DNA of 64,000 bases. It comes from Hyphomonadaceae bacterium. Its GTDB lineage: Bacteria; Pseudomonadota; Alphaproteobacteria; Caulobacterales; Hyphomonadaceae. Below, piece by piece: positions 41,221 to 49,827 of this stretch. The DNA lies in assembly GCA_041398245.1 (NCBI GenBank), contig JAWKVC010000013.1, forward strand, positions 4,104 to 68,103, written 5' to 3'. A model generated the notes under the pieces. That model searched no databases, was not told where the DNA came from, and saw only the letters and a program-made list of their open reading frames with translations. The position numbers and the translations under genes were made by a program. The first letter of the stretch is position 1, and every line of letters begins with the position of its first letter.

Positions 41221-41592
41221 ATGCGCATGTCCCACGCCATTCTTGCCGCCCTGGCGCTAACGGCGTGCACGACTGAACCGCCCGGCCCGCTGCAGATGGG
41301 CGATCCCGAGGTCGGCCATCAGGTCGCCAAGGATCTGTGCTCGGATTGTCATGCGGTCGAGCGCACGGGCGACAGCCGCAATCCCGCCGCGCCGCCGCTA
41401 CGCACCGTGCTGGCCGGCTATCCGCCGGAATGGCTGGCGACCGACCTGCACGACGGCCGCACCATCGCGCTGCGCAAGATGCCGACCTTCCACTTCGGCG
41501 AAGGCCATGAGTACGACCTCGTCGCCTATCTCATCCAGATCCAGGATGTGCCGGCGCCCCGCCCCAATCTCGGGCCGCAGGGTCAGCCCTGA
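41221..41592 (+). CDS. Mono-haem cytochrome c lipoprotein
   Basis: Lipobox ALALTAC, haem motif CSDCH, and a downstream Met (RKMPTF) as candidate axial ligand. Confidence 0.7.
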   Translation: MRMSHAILAALALTACTTEPPGPLQMGDPEVGHQVAKDLCSDCHAVERTGDSRNPAAPPLRTVLAGYPPEWLATDLHDGRTIALRKMPTFHFGEGHEYDLVAYLIQIQDVPAPRPNLGPQGQP

Positions 41593-41602
41593 GACTCACC
41601 GG

Positions 41603-41956
41603 CTAGAACAGTCCGTGATTTGAATCGCCTGCATCCGGCCCTCCTGGGGAGGCGCCCATCGCAGACGATTGCGATGCCGGCGCTGCAAACGGGTCGACAG
41701 TGCGCGGCGGCGGGGCCAGCGACCGCCCGCTCTCGGCAATATCCTGCAACCGCGCATCGATGCTGCAGAGCATGTAGGTGACGCTGCCGAACATGATGGT
41801 CATGCCGCCCGGCGTCAGCGCGCCGATCCACGTCGACACCATGTCCTGGAAGCTGGAGTAGTAGCTGTTCTCGAGAAGCTGCGGGATGACCAGAATGATC
41901 ATCGCAATGCCGAGACCAACGAAGCAGGCGGCGACGATCCCGAGAAACACCCTCAT
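41603..41956 (-). CDS. Hypothetical membrane protein
   Basis: Two hydrophobic helices and a low-complexity C-terminus. No family recognised. Confidence 0.5.
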   Translation of the reverse strand: MRVFLGIVAACFVGLGIAMIILVIPQLLENSYYSSFQDMVSTWIGALTPGGMTIMFGSVTYMLCSIDARLQDIAESGRSLAPPPRTVDPFAAPASQSSAMGASPGGPDAGDSNHGLF

Positions 41957-41974
41957 TTGAAGTCCCCCTCGAAC

Positions 41975-41992
41975 GTCCTGTCCGGACAGGAC
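41975..41992. promoter_or_regulatory. Perfect 18-bp palindrome
   Basis: GTCCTGTCCGGACAGGAC, 19 bp upstream of the start of the minus-strand membrane protein gene. Confidence 0.35.
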
Positions 41993-42206
41993 AAGCCTAA
42001 CAGCGGCCAGCCGCGGGACAATCAGGACTGGAATTCGCTATTCGCCCTGAACTATAACGATGATCAGCTTCCCGTCGCGTCCGTGAGAACGGTTCGCAAC
42101 GACATTGGCTCTCCGAGCCGGAACTCGCGCAAGCGTGTAGCGCTGCGGGCGAAATTGGCCTGAGCGTTCGCTCACCTGTCATTGGCGTTCACCAACTCCC
42201 GCGTTA

Positions 42207-42219
42207 TTGAATCATTCAA
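42207..42219. promoter_or_regulatory. 13-bp palindrome upstream of the IorAB-like genes
   Basis: TTGAAT-C-ATTCAA, about 100 bp upstream of 42316. It contains one GANTC site. Confidence 0.3.
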
Positions 42220-42315
42220 GGCGCGCCCGGCATCGCATGGGCGTGTGCGTCGCGGGTTAGAAAAAGGGCGGAGGAGCCGGGACATCATTCCTGGAACACG
42301 CCCGCGGAGCTCCAA

Positions 42316-42798
42316 ATGGCAACCTACACAATCAACGTGAACGGAAAGACCGAGACGGTAGAAGCCGATCCGGCCATGCCCCTTCTCTGGGTGTTGCGGG
42401 ACAAGCTGGACCTGAAAGGCACCAAGTTCGGCTGCGGCATCGCCATGTGCGGCGCCTGCACCGTGCATCTCGACGGCAAGGTGACGCGCGCTTGCGTAAC
42501 GCCGGTTTCAGCGGTCGGCGCACAGCGTGTCACGACCATCGAGGCGATCGGCGAAACCAAAGCCGGACAGGCGGTCCAGAAAGCCTGGCTCGACGTGGAC
42601 GTCATGCAGTGCGGCTACTGCCAGGCTGGTCAGGTGATGGCCGCCACTGCCCTGCTGAGCGCCAACCCGGCCCCGTCCGACAAGGACATCGACACGGCCA
42701 TGCAGGGCAATCTCTGCCGCTGCGGCACCTACAAGCGCATCCGCGAGGCGATCAAGACCGCCGCGGGCGTCGACACCAAAGACATGCGGGAGGTCTGA
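42316..42798 (+). CDS. (2Fe-2S)-binding small subunit of an aldehyde oxidase/isoquinoline 1-oxidoreductase-type enzyme (IorA-like)
   Basis: Plant-type and second [2Fe-2S] motifs [11 protein letters not shown] and CGYCQAG...CRCGTY. Confidence 0.92.
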   Translation: MATYTINVNGKTETVEADPAMPLLWVLRDKLDLKGTKFGCGIAMCGACTVHLDGKVTRACVTPVSAVGAQRVTTIEAIGETKAGQAVQKAWLDVDVMQCGYCQAGQVMAATALLSANPAPSDKDIDTAMQGNLCRCGTYKRIREAIKTAAGVDTKDMREV

Positions 42799-42801
42799 TC
42801 C

Positions 42802-45060
42802 ATGGCTGACGGCAACATCGTAACCTCGCGCCGCTTCTTCCTCTTCGCCTCCGCTGCGGGCGGCGGCCTCGTGCTCTCCGGCTGCATGACCCCGCCGGAC
42901 ACGACGGATGGCGCTCCAACCGTCGCCGCCGATCCGGCCAAGCCGCCGGCCCCGGTCGTCGACATGAACAACTTCGTCGCGATCTCGCCTGACGGCACGA
43001 TCCGCATCATGGCGAAGAACCCGGAGATCGGTCAGGGCATCAAGACCATGCTGCCCATGCTGGTCGCGGAAGAACTCGACGCCGACTGGAACAAGGTCGT
43101 CATCGAACAGGGCGACGCGGATGCGGCCCGCTACGGCATGCAGATCGCCGGCGGCTCGTTCGCCACGCCGATGCACTGGGAGCCCCAGCGCCAGGTTGGC
43201 GCCGGCGCCCGCGCCATGCTCATCGCCGCCGCCGCAGCGCGGCTGGAGAAGCCGGTTGAGGAATTCACGACCGAGCCCTCCATGGTTGTCCACGCGGCTT
43301 CCGGAACGAAGATACCCTACGGCGATCTCGTCGCCGACGCTGCGAAACTGCCGGCGCCGGACGTCAAGACGCTGAAGATGAAGGATCCCAAGAACTACCG
43401 CCTCATCGGCAAGCCGATGCGCAACTGGGATTCCCCGAAGATCGTCCGCGGCGAGCCCATCTTCGGCATCGACCAGAAGGTCGACGGCATGAAGTACGCG
43501 AACTTCGTGAAGTGCCCGGCGTTCGGCGGCAAGGTCGTTTCGGCCAACACAGCCGAGATCAAGGCCATGCCCGGCATCGTCGACTGCTTCGTCGTGAAGG
43601 CGGCGGGCGACGACATGCCGACCAAGATGGGTCTGCTGGATGGCGTCGCCATCATCGCCGACGACTGGTGGACGGCGAAGGAAGCGGGGAACAAGCTGAA
43701 GGTGGAGTGGGACGAAGGCGACGTCTCGACCCAGTCGACCACGCAGTTCAACGCCAAGGCGATGGAACTGGCGAAAGGCGCTCCGGCGTCCAACCTGTCC
43801 AAATCCGGCGATGCGGCGGCGGCGCTCAAGGGCGCAGCCAAGACGGTCCAGGGGTCCTATATCTATCCCTTCCTCGTGCACGCCCCGCTGGAGCCGATGA
43901 ACTGCACGGCGCACGCGAAGGCCGACGGCACGGTGGAAATCTGGGCGCCAACCCAGCGCCCCGATGGCGGTCTCAGCCTCGTGGCGTCCGCGCTCGGCGT
44001 CGAGAAGAGCAAGGTCACCTGCCACATGATCCGCTGCGGCGGCGGCTTCGGCCGGCGTCTCGACAGCGACTTCATGGTGGAAGCGGCCGCGATCTCGAAG
44101 CAGGCCGGCAACATCCCGATCAAGCTGGTGTGGACGCGTGAGCAGGACATGGCTCACGACCCCTACCGTCCGGGCGGCTATCACAACTTCAAGGCCGGCC
44201 TCGACGCCAACGGCAACATGGTTGCGATGACCAACCACTTCGTCACCTTCGGCCGCCCGAACGGGTCGGGTCAGATGACGGTGCTCGGCAACGCCCAGAT
44301 GCCGCCGCAGGAATTCCCTGCCGGCTTCGTTCCGAACCACAGCTACGACCAGTCGATGATGCACGGCGAAATGCCGACCGGTCCGCTGCGCGCGCCGGTG
44401 TCCAACGCGGTCTGCTTCGCCTTCCAGTCCTTCGTGGACGAAGTTGCGCACGCCGCCGGCAAGGACCCGCTGCAATACCGCATCGACCTCCTGTCATCGC
44501 CGCAACCGGGTCTGGCTGCGCCGGGCCCGCGCTCGATGGATCCGAAGCGGATGATCGGCGTGCTTGAAGTCGTGCGTCAGCGGTCCGGCTGGGCCAGCCG
44601 CACATCGTTGCCAAAAGGCACGGGCATGGGCGTCGCCTTCTACTTCTCGCACCAGGGCTATTTCGCCCAGGTCGCCAAGGTGAAGGTCGAGCAGAACGGC
44701 GCATGGCGCGTGTTGAAAGTGTGGTCGGTCGGCGACGTCGGCGCCCACATCATCAACCCGCTCAATGCTCACAACCAGGTCGAAGGCTCGATCGTCGACG
44801 GCATCTCCGAGATGCACCAGAAGATCTCGTTCGACAAAGGCCGCACCGTGGAATCCAACTTCCACAACATGCCGCTGCTGCGCATGGACTACGCGCCGCA
44901 GATCGACGCGCACTTCCACCTCACCGACAACTCGCCGACGGGCTTGGGCGAACCGGCCCTGCCGCCGGTGCTGCCGGCTGTGGCCAACGCCCTCTTCGCG
45001 GCGTCGGGCAAGCGCATCCGCACCCTGCCTGTCGCCCAGTCCGAGCTGCGCTGGACCTGA
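42802..45060 (+). CDS. Molybdopterin-binding large subunit (IorB-like, xanthine dehydrogenase family)
   Basis: Tat-like leader SRRFFLFASAAGGGLVLSGC. Aldehyde oxidase/xanthine dehydrogenase a/b hammerhead and Moco domains (GGGFGRRL, PTGLGEPALPPVLPAVANA). Confidence 0.92.
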   Translation: MADGNIVTSRRFFLFASAAGGGLVLSGCMTPPDTTDGAPTVAADPAKPPAPVVDMNNFVAISPDGTIRIMAKNPEIGQGIKTMLPMLVAEELDADWNKVVIEQGDADAARYGMQIAGGSFATPMHWEPQRQVGAGARAMLIAAAAARLEKPVEEFTTEPSMVVHAASGTKIPYGDLVADAAKLPAPDVKTLKMKDPKNYRLIGKPMRNWDSPKIVRGEPIFGIDQKVDGMKYANFVKCPAFGGKVVSANTAEIKAMPGIVDCFVVKAAGDDMPTKMGLLDGVAIIADDWWTAKEAGNKLKVEWDEGDVSTQSTTQFNAKAMELAKGAPASNLSKSGDAAAALKGAAKTVQGSYIYPFLVHAPLEPMNCTAHAKADGTVEIWAPTQRPDGGLSLVASALGVEKSKVTCHMIRCGGGFGRRLDSDFMVEAAAISKQAGNIPIKLVWTREQDMAHDPYRPGGYHNFKAGLDANGNMVAMTNHFVTFGRPNGSGQMTVLGNAQMPPQEFPAGFVPNHSYDQSMMHGEMPTGPLRAPVSNAVCFAFQSFVDEVAHAAGKDPLQYRIDLLSSPQPGLAAPGPRSMDPKRMIGVLEVVRQRSGWASRTSLPKGTGMGVAFYFSHQGYFAQVAKVKVEQNGAWRVLKVWSVGDVGAHIINPLNAHNQVEGSIVDGISEMHQKISFDKGRTVESNFHNMPLLRMDYAPQIDAHFHLTDNSPTGLGEPALPPVLPAVANALFAASGKRIRTLPVAQSELRWT

Positions 45061-45089
45061 TCCGGCCCGTCAGCAAGGCAGTCGAATCG

Positions 45090-45125
45090 CGGCCCGGAAC
45101 TTCGGTTCCGGGCCGTTTCGTTTCT
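45090..45125 (+). terminator. Rho-independent terminator after the IorB-like gene
   Basis: CGGCCCGGAAC-TTCG-GTTCCGGGCCG, perfect 11-bp stem, followed by TTTCGTTTC. Confidence 0.65.
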
Positions 45126-45256
45126 GGACGAACTTTCCGCAAGGGTAAGCCCGGCCATTATCGACAATCGCCAAGCCCCAGCGCTTTCGCTTCTCCGGAT
45201 AGCAGAGTTGTGACCTTTCGGGCCCCTCTTTCGGCCTCCAGAGGCTACAGTCCGCA

Positions 45257-45285
45257 TTGACGGTATTTTGGGCAGAATGGATATT
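45257..45285 (+). promoter_or_regulatory. Candidate sigma-70-type promoter
   Basis: TTGACG-N17-GATATT in an AT-richer stretch, 60 bp upstream of the 45345 start. Confidence 0.35.
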
Positions 45286-45344
45286 GAAATCAGAATTACA
45301 TCCGTAAAGGACGCGCCCGGTAAACGGGCTGAGGGAGAGCTGGA

Positions 45345-47312
45345 ATGAAGCGCATTCTGATGACGACCGCCGTGGCCGCCGCCATCGCTGTCGCTGGCGT
45401 AAGCACGGTGATCGCCGCACCGGCGCCGACGACCGGCGGAGCGCCGGAGCGTGTCGGCAACTTCCAGCTGACGGACACGACCCGTCTTGCGCACGAGTTG
45501 TTCTACTTCAAGTACGCCCCGGCCATCGTGATCATGTCGCAGACGAATGGCGGCAAGGTTTCGCGCGAAGGCGCGGCCCAGCTGGCCAAGCTCCAGTCCG
45601 CCTACAAGGACAAGGGCGTCCTCTTCTACATGATGAACTCCACCCTCGGCCAATCGCGCGAGGATACGGCGAAGGAAGCCAAGGCGCAGAAATTCGCCAT
45701 GCCGGTCCTGATGGACGAACTGCAGCTCGTCGGCGAGGAGCTCGGCGTCCAGCGTGAGGGCGAGGTCTTCGTGATCGAGCCGAAGTCGGGCTTCAAGGTC
45801 GCCTATCACGGCCCCGTCTCGCAGACCGGCAAGGCGATCGACTCCGTGCTCGCCGGCAAGGCCGTCGCCAACGCGCGTGTCGAAGTGAAGGCCGGCAAGG
45901 AGATCGCCTTCCCCGAGCGCGGCAAGGCGGCTGAGCACGCCAACATCTCCTACACCAACGACATCGCGCCGATCATCCAGGCCAAGTGCGTGGCCTGCCA
46001 CCAGGAAGGCGGCATCGCCCCCTTCAAGTTCGACAGCTATGAAGTGGTGAAGTCGTTCGCGCCGATGGTCACCGAGTCGGTGATGGCCGATCGCATGCCA
46101 CCCTACTTCGCCGATCCGCATATCGGCACGTTCCAGAACGACCACGGCCTCACCGCCGAACAGAACAAGACGCTGATCCACTGGCTCCGCGCCGGGGCCC
46201 CGCGCGGCGAAGGCGCCGACGTGCTGAAGGAAACCGCCAGCAAGGCGCCGGAATGGCCCACCAGCCTCGGCCAGCCGGATGTCGTCGTTACGCTGCCGGC
46301 GTTCGACGTTCCCAACACGGGCACGGTCGAATACCAGCGCATGCAGATCGACAACCCGTTCAAGCAGGACACCTGGCTGCGCGCCATCGCGATCAAGCCG
46401 GGCGACCGCACGGTGCTGCACCACGTCACGTCGAACCACTCGCCGGATCGCAACGCCGCGCCGGCGAAAATCCCGGGCGGCTCGGTCGGCTCCTACACGC
46501 CGGGCGCGGAACCGCAGGTGATCGCGGCTGGCGCAGGCGCGCCGGTCCCGGCTGGCGGCAAGCTGTCCTTCTCGATGCACTACACGACAACCGGCAAGGC
46601 CGCGACCGACCAGACCCAGATCGGCTACTACACGCTGAAGACGGCGCCGGAATTCATCAAACGCTCGGCGGTCATCTCCGACTTCGCGCTGAAGATTCCG
46701 AAGGGCGAAGCCCGCCACACCGAGATCGCGTATCTCGAATTCCCGGCCGACGCCTATCTCTACACGCTCTATCCGCACGCCCACTATCGCGGCTGGTCGG
46801 TCGAGCTGACCTCCAAGACGCCGGACGGCAAGGAAGAGATCCTGCTGTCGCTGCCGAAGTACGACTTCAACTGGCAGCGCGACTATGACCCGGTGGAGCC
46901 GATCCTCGTGAAGGCCGGCACCAAGCTGATCGCCAAGTGGGTCTACGACAACTCCGAACACAACAAGGCCAACCCCGATCCGACGATCAACGTGACCTGG
47001 GGCGAGCAGTCGTGGGAAGAGATGATGTACTTCCGCGTCAACTATCGGTGGGCCGACGAGACGACGTCGAACATCCGCAACGACCTCCAGGGCAAGCTGA
47101 TGGCGTCGCGCACGATGGGCGCGCTCGACAACAACGCCGATGGCAAGGTCCAGATCGAGGAGCTGACGGGCACCATGGCGTCCGTGAAGGCCCGCTTCGC
47201 GGATCTCGACCTCAACAAGGATGGCGGTCTCGACAATGCCGAGCTTGCCGCCGGCAACGTCTCGCGGGCCAGCGCCACGCGCGATCAGCGCGATGCGGAC
47301 ATCGACCTCTAG
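45345..47312 (+). CDS. Periplasmic multidomain protein: redoxin-like / cytochrome c / copper type II monooxygenase-like / EF-hand pair
   Basis: Signal peptide, then an AhpC/redoxin-like region without Cys (aa about 35-160). CVACH haem motif (C215, C218, H219) with RMPP. HH359-360, H412, H478-x-H480 and M560/M561 follow the PHM/DBH spacing. EF loops are DNNADGKVQIEE (595-606) and DLNKDGGLDNAE (622-633). Confidence 0.85.
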   Translation: MKRILMTTAVAAAIAVAGVSTVIAAPAPTTGGAPERVGNFQLTDTTRLAHELFYFKYAPAIVIMSQTNGGKVSREGAAQLAKLQSAYKDKGVLFYMMNSTLGQSREDTAKEAKAQKFAMPVLMDELQLVGEELGVQREGEVFVIEPKSGFKVAYHGPVSQTGKAIDSVLAGKAVANARVEVKAGKEIAFPERGKAAEHANISYTNDIAPIIQAKCVACHQEGGIAPFKFDSYEVVKSFAPMVTESVMADRMPPYFADPHIGTFQNDHGLTAEQNKTLIHWLRAGAPRGEGADVLKETASKAPEWPTSLGQPDVVVTLPAFDVPNTGTVEYQRMQIDNPFKQDTWLRAIAIKPGDRTVLHHVTSNHSPDRNAAPAKIPGGSVGSYTPGAEPQVIAAGAGAPVPAGGKLSFSMHYTTTGKAATDQTQIGYYTLKTAPEFIKRSAVISDFALKIPKGEARHTEIAYLEFPADAYLYTLYPHAHYRGWSVELTSKTPDGKEEILLSLPKYDFNWQRDYDPVEPILVKAGTKLIAKWVYDNSEHNKANPDPTINVTWGEQSWEEMMYFRVNYRWADETTSNIRNDLQGKLMASRTMGALDNNADGKVQIEELTGTMASVKARFADLDLNKDGGLDNAELAAGNVSRASATRDQRDADIDL

Positions 47313-47335
47313 TCGACGCATCCATCACCAACAGG

Positions 47336-47368
47336 AAGGCCCGCTCTCAGGAGCGGGCCTTTTCTTTT
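47336..47368 (+). terminator. Rho-independent terminator
   Basis: AAGGCCCGCTC-TCAG-GAGCGGGCCTT, perfect 11-bp stem, followed by TTCTTTTC. Confidence 0.7.
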
Positions 47369-47798
47369 CGGGCCTGTCGATCGCACACCGCCACCGGATT
47401 CGGCCGGATAGCGCGGGTGCTACGAAGAAGCTCTGAAATCAATTCAGGGCGTTACCAACATCCCGCTGTATGACACCCGCATTCTCATCCCCGCCCCTGA
47501 AACCTCGCGCATAATGCATGCATCGTCTCCGCGCGGAGGGCATCTGCAGTGACCTGTGGAGCGGGGCGATGCGGCCGGAGCAATCCGCCGCGGGGACGCG
47601 GGATTTCCGCACCCGGACTTCGGACCACATCCACGGACTTCCATAGCGGAGCGATCCGCGTCCCCGGCCCTCCACCTTTCCGGGCCCATGAAGACAGCGC
47701 CACGCAGGGCAACGGGCCCATGCGAATGTGCTGTTGCGCTCGCGGCCACGGAACCCCACATTCCCTTCACGCATTTCCTGTTGCGGGAGACCGCTGCG

Positions 47799-47963
47799 AT
47801 GAAAGCCATTCTCTATCTGGTGCTCGGGATCATCCTGCTCGGCATGGTGCTGGGTCTGGTCTTCAAGCTGATCGGACTTGCGATCTCCGCCGCCGTGGTC
47901 CTCGTGATCGCCTATGTTGTCTGGCGCATGCTGGGCGGGCGCGGACCCGAGCGTTTGCGGTAG
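47799..47963 (+). CDS. Small membrane protein, hypothetical
   Basis: 54 aa, MKAILYLVLGIILLGMVLGLVFKLIGLAISAAVVLVIAYVVW (two TM helices). The upstream part of the long ORF is not protein-like. Confidence 0.45.
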   Translation: MKAILYLVLGIILLGMVLGLVFKLIGLAISAAVVLVIAYVVWRMLGGRGPERLR

Positions 47964-47972
47964 TGCGGGCGG

Positions 47973-48389
47973 CTACTTGCCCTGCGCGCCGGCGCGATTG
48001 ATGGCGACCTCATCCAGCATGGCCTGCTCGCGCGCCTGACGCTCCGTCTCCTCGCGCACGCGGCCCTGCTCGATCAGCTGTTCTAACTTCGACTTCTCGA
48101 TATAGGCGGCCGACAGCCGCTCGCGGATTTCCGCCAGCTCGGCCTCCTTGGCGCGAACGACGACGCCGATCTCGTCCACCTGCCAGCGCACGCGCAGGCG
48201 ATAGGCCGGCAGCGTGGCGGCATAGTCCGGATTGGCGGCAGCCGCGGCGATCTCCGCCTGCTCGCGCGCGCGTATGCCGGCGATCTTCTGCTGCAGCTCG
48301 TCCACCTCCCGCGCGGCCCGGGCCGCCTCGATCCCCAGCTCGTCAAGCTTGCGCTGCGCGATCTTGAGAAGGGTGTGGAGCGATTTCAT
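47973..48389 (-). CDS. fliJ: Flagellar export chaperone FliJ
   Basis: 138-aa all-coiled-coil protein, Glu/Arg/Ala rich. Its start overlaps the fliI stop (ATGA). Confidence 0.75.
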   Translation of the reverse strand: MKSLHTLLKIAQRKLDELGIEAARAAREVDELQQKIAGIRAREQAEIAAAAANPDYAATLPAYRLRVRWQVDEIGVVVRAKEAELAEIRERLSAAYIEKSKLEQLIEQGRVREETERQAREQAMLDEVAINRAGAQGK

Positions 48390-49747
48390 CTAACCGCCTT
48401 CTTCTGGCTGGCGGCCGGCGCCGGCGGCGTCAGCACGGCAAGAAGCTTCTCATAGGCCTCGTCAGGCGTTGTCACTTCCTGCACCTCCTGGCTCAGGAAG
48501 GTCTCGATCTGCGGCCACAGGCGCACGGCCTCATCCACTTCCGGGTCCGCGCCCTTGGCGTAGGCCCCGATGCGAACGAGCTCTTCCATGTTGGAATAGA
48601 GCGCGATCAGCTTGCGCGCCTTGCGGGCGATATCGCGCTCCTGCGGCGTCTGCAGCATCTGCTGAAGGCGCGAGATCGACTTCAGCACATCGACCGCCGG
48701 GAAGCGCCCTCGCTCGGCGATCTGGCGCGACAGCGTGATGTGCCCATCAAGAATGCCGCGCACGGCGTCGGAAATCGGTTCGTTGTGATCATCGCCATCG
48801 ACCAGCACCGTGAACAGACCGGTGATGTGGCCCTGCGGCTGGCCGTCCTCCACCGTCACGCCCGGCCCCGCCCGCTCGAGCAGTTTGGGCAATTCGGCAA
48901 AGACCGACGGCGTGTAGCCGCGCGTCGTCGGCGGCTCGCCGGCGGCAAGGCCGATCTCGCGCTGGGCCATGGCGAAGCGCGTGACGCTATCGAGGAAGCA
49001 GACCACCTGCTTGCCCTCGTCGCGGAAGTGTTCGGCGACAGCCAGCGTCAGCCACGCCGCACGGCGGCGCTTGGGCGCGGGCTCGTCCGATGTCGCCGTG
49101 ACGATGACGGACTTGGCCAGCCCCGCCTCGCCCAGCGTGTCCTCGATGAATTCACGAACCTCGCGGCCGCGTTCGCCGATCAGACCAATGACGATGACAT
49201 CCGCTTCCGCCCCGCGCGCCAGCATCGACATGATGGTCGACTTGCCGACGCCCGATCCGGCGAAGACGCCCAGTCTCTGCCCGCGCGCGCACGGCGCAAA
49301 CACGTCGATCGCCTTGACGCCCAGACCCATCTTCTCGTCGACCCGCGCGCGCGCCTGCGCATTGGGGGCGATGGCGCGGACCGGCCGCGCCCGCAGGCCG
49401 GGGCGCAGCGGCCCCTTGTCGTCCAGCGGTTCGGCGAATGCATCCATCACCCGTCCCAGCCAGGCGTCGGACGGACGCACGCTGTCGAGGCCGGAAGCAA
49501 AGATGACGGGCGCGCCCGGGGCCAGCCCGTCCAGCGGATCGCTTGCCAGAAGGATGGCGCGGTCGCCCTCGAAGCCCACGAGTTCGCCGCGCGGACCGTT
49601 CTCGGACCCGAAACGAACGAATGCCCCCAGGCGAAGGGCGGAGGCAGGCCCGGCCGCCTCGATCCGCAGGCCCTCAAGCGCCGTCACCCGGCCTTCATGG
49701 GTCAGGGGGTCCAGCGCCTTGATATCGCGGATGGCCGAAGCCAGCAT
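48386..49747 (-). CDS. fliI: Flagellum-specific ATP synthase FliI
   Basis: 453 aa. Walker A GSGVGKST. F1/T3SS ATPase fold motifs (VIGLIGERGREV, LDSVTRFAMAQREI). Confidence 0.95.
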   Translation of the reverse strand: MLASAIRDIKALDPLTHEGRVTALEGLRIEAAGPASALRLGAFVRFGSENGPRGELVGFEGDRAILLASDPLDGLAPGAPVIFASGLDSVRPSDAWLGRVMDAFAEPLDDKGPLRPGLRARPVRAIAPNAQARARVDEKMGLGVKAIDVFAPCARGQRLGVFAGSGVGKSTIMSMLARGAEADVIVIGLIGERGREVREFIEDTLGEAGLAKSVIVTATSDEPAPKRRRAAWLTLAVAEHFRDEGKQVVCFLDSVTRFAMAQREIGLAAGEPPTTRGYTPSVFAELPKLLERAGPGVTVEDGQPQGHITGLFTVLVDGDDHNEPISDAVRGILDGHITLSRQIAERGRFPAVDVLKSISRLQQMLQTPQERDIARKARKLIALYSNMEELVRIGAYAKGADPEVDEAVRLWPQIETFLSQEVQEVTTPDEAYEKLLAVLTPPAPAASQKKAVR

Positions 49748-49811
49748 GGGTTACGCCTGCCGTGAAATTGGGAGGGGAACCCTCGCTTTCGTGATCTGGC
49801 CGCAGTGTCGG

Positions 49812-49827
49812 TTGATTTGGCGTTAAC
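49812..49827. promoter_or_regulatory. Candidate CtrA box (one mismatch to TTAA-N7-TTAAC)
   Basis: TTGA-TTTGGCG-TTAAC in the ctrA/fliI divergent intergenic region, 65 bp from the fliI start. The flanking TTAACCAC resembles the TTAACCAT half-site. Confidence 0.35.

Noticed and set aside
44889-47321. Very long antisense or out-of-frame ORFs. Examples: 810 aa at 44889-47321(-), 655 aa at 42508-44475(-), 487 aa at 32797-34260(-), 461 aa at 54462-55847(+), 437 and 458 aa at 56901-59119(+), 419 aa at 20088-21347(-), 385 aa at 21525-22682(-), 416 aa at 11947-13197(-), 418 aa at 6837-8093(+), 353 aa at 26425-27486(-).
   Set aside because: Each lies opposite to, or out of frame with, a gene that has clear family motifs. 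Their translations are Arg/Gly/Ala/Asp-rich and low in complexity, as expected for stop-poor alternative frames in high-GC DNA.
47592-47665. The 74-nt stem-closed element as a tRNA.
   Set aside because: On either strand there is no D-arm (no AGC..GG pattern), no GTTCRANYC T-loop, and the closing stem is 10-12 bp rather than a 7-bp acceptor stem.
47690-47720. Resemblance of CCACGCAGGGCAACGGG to the c-di-GMP-I (GEMM) riboswitch core near flagellar genes.
   Set aside because: Only one short segment resembles the motif. The second conserved half (GACGCAAAGCC-like) is not present downstream in the right order, and I cannot run a covariance model.
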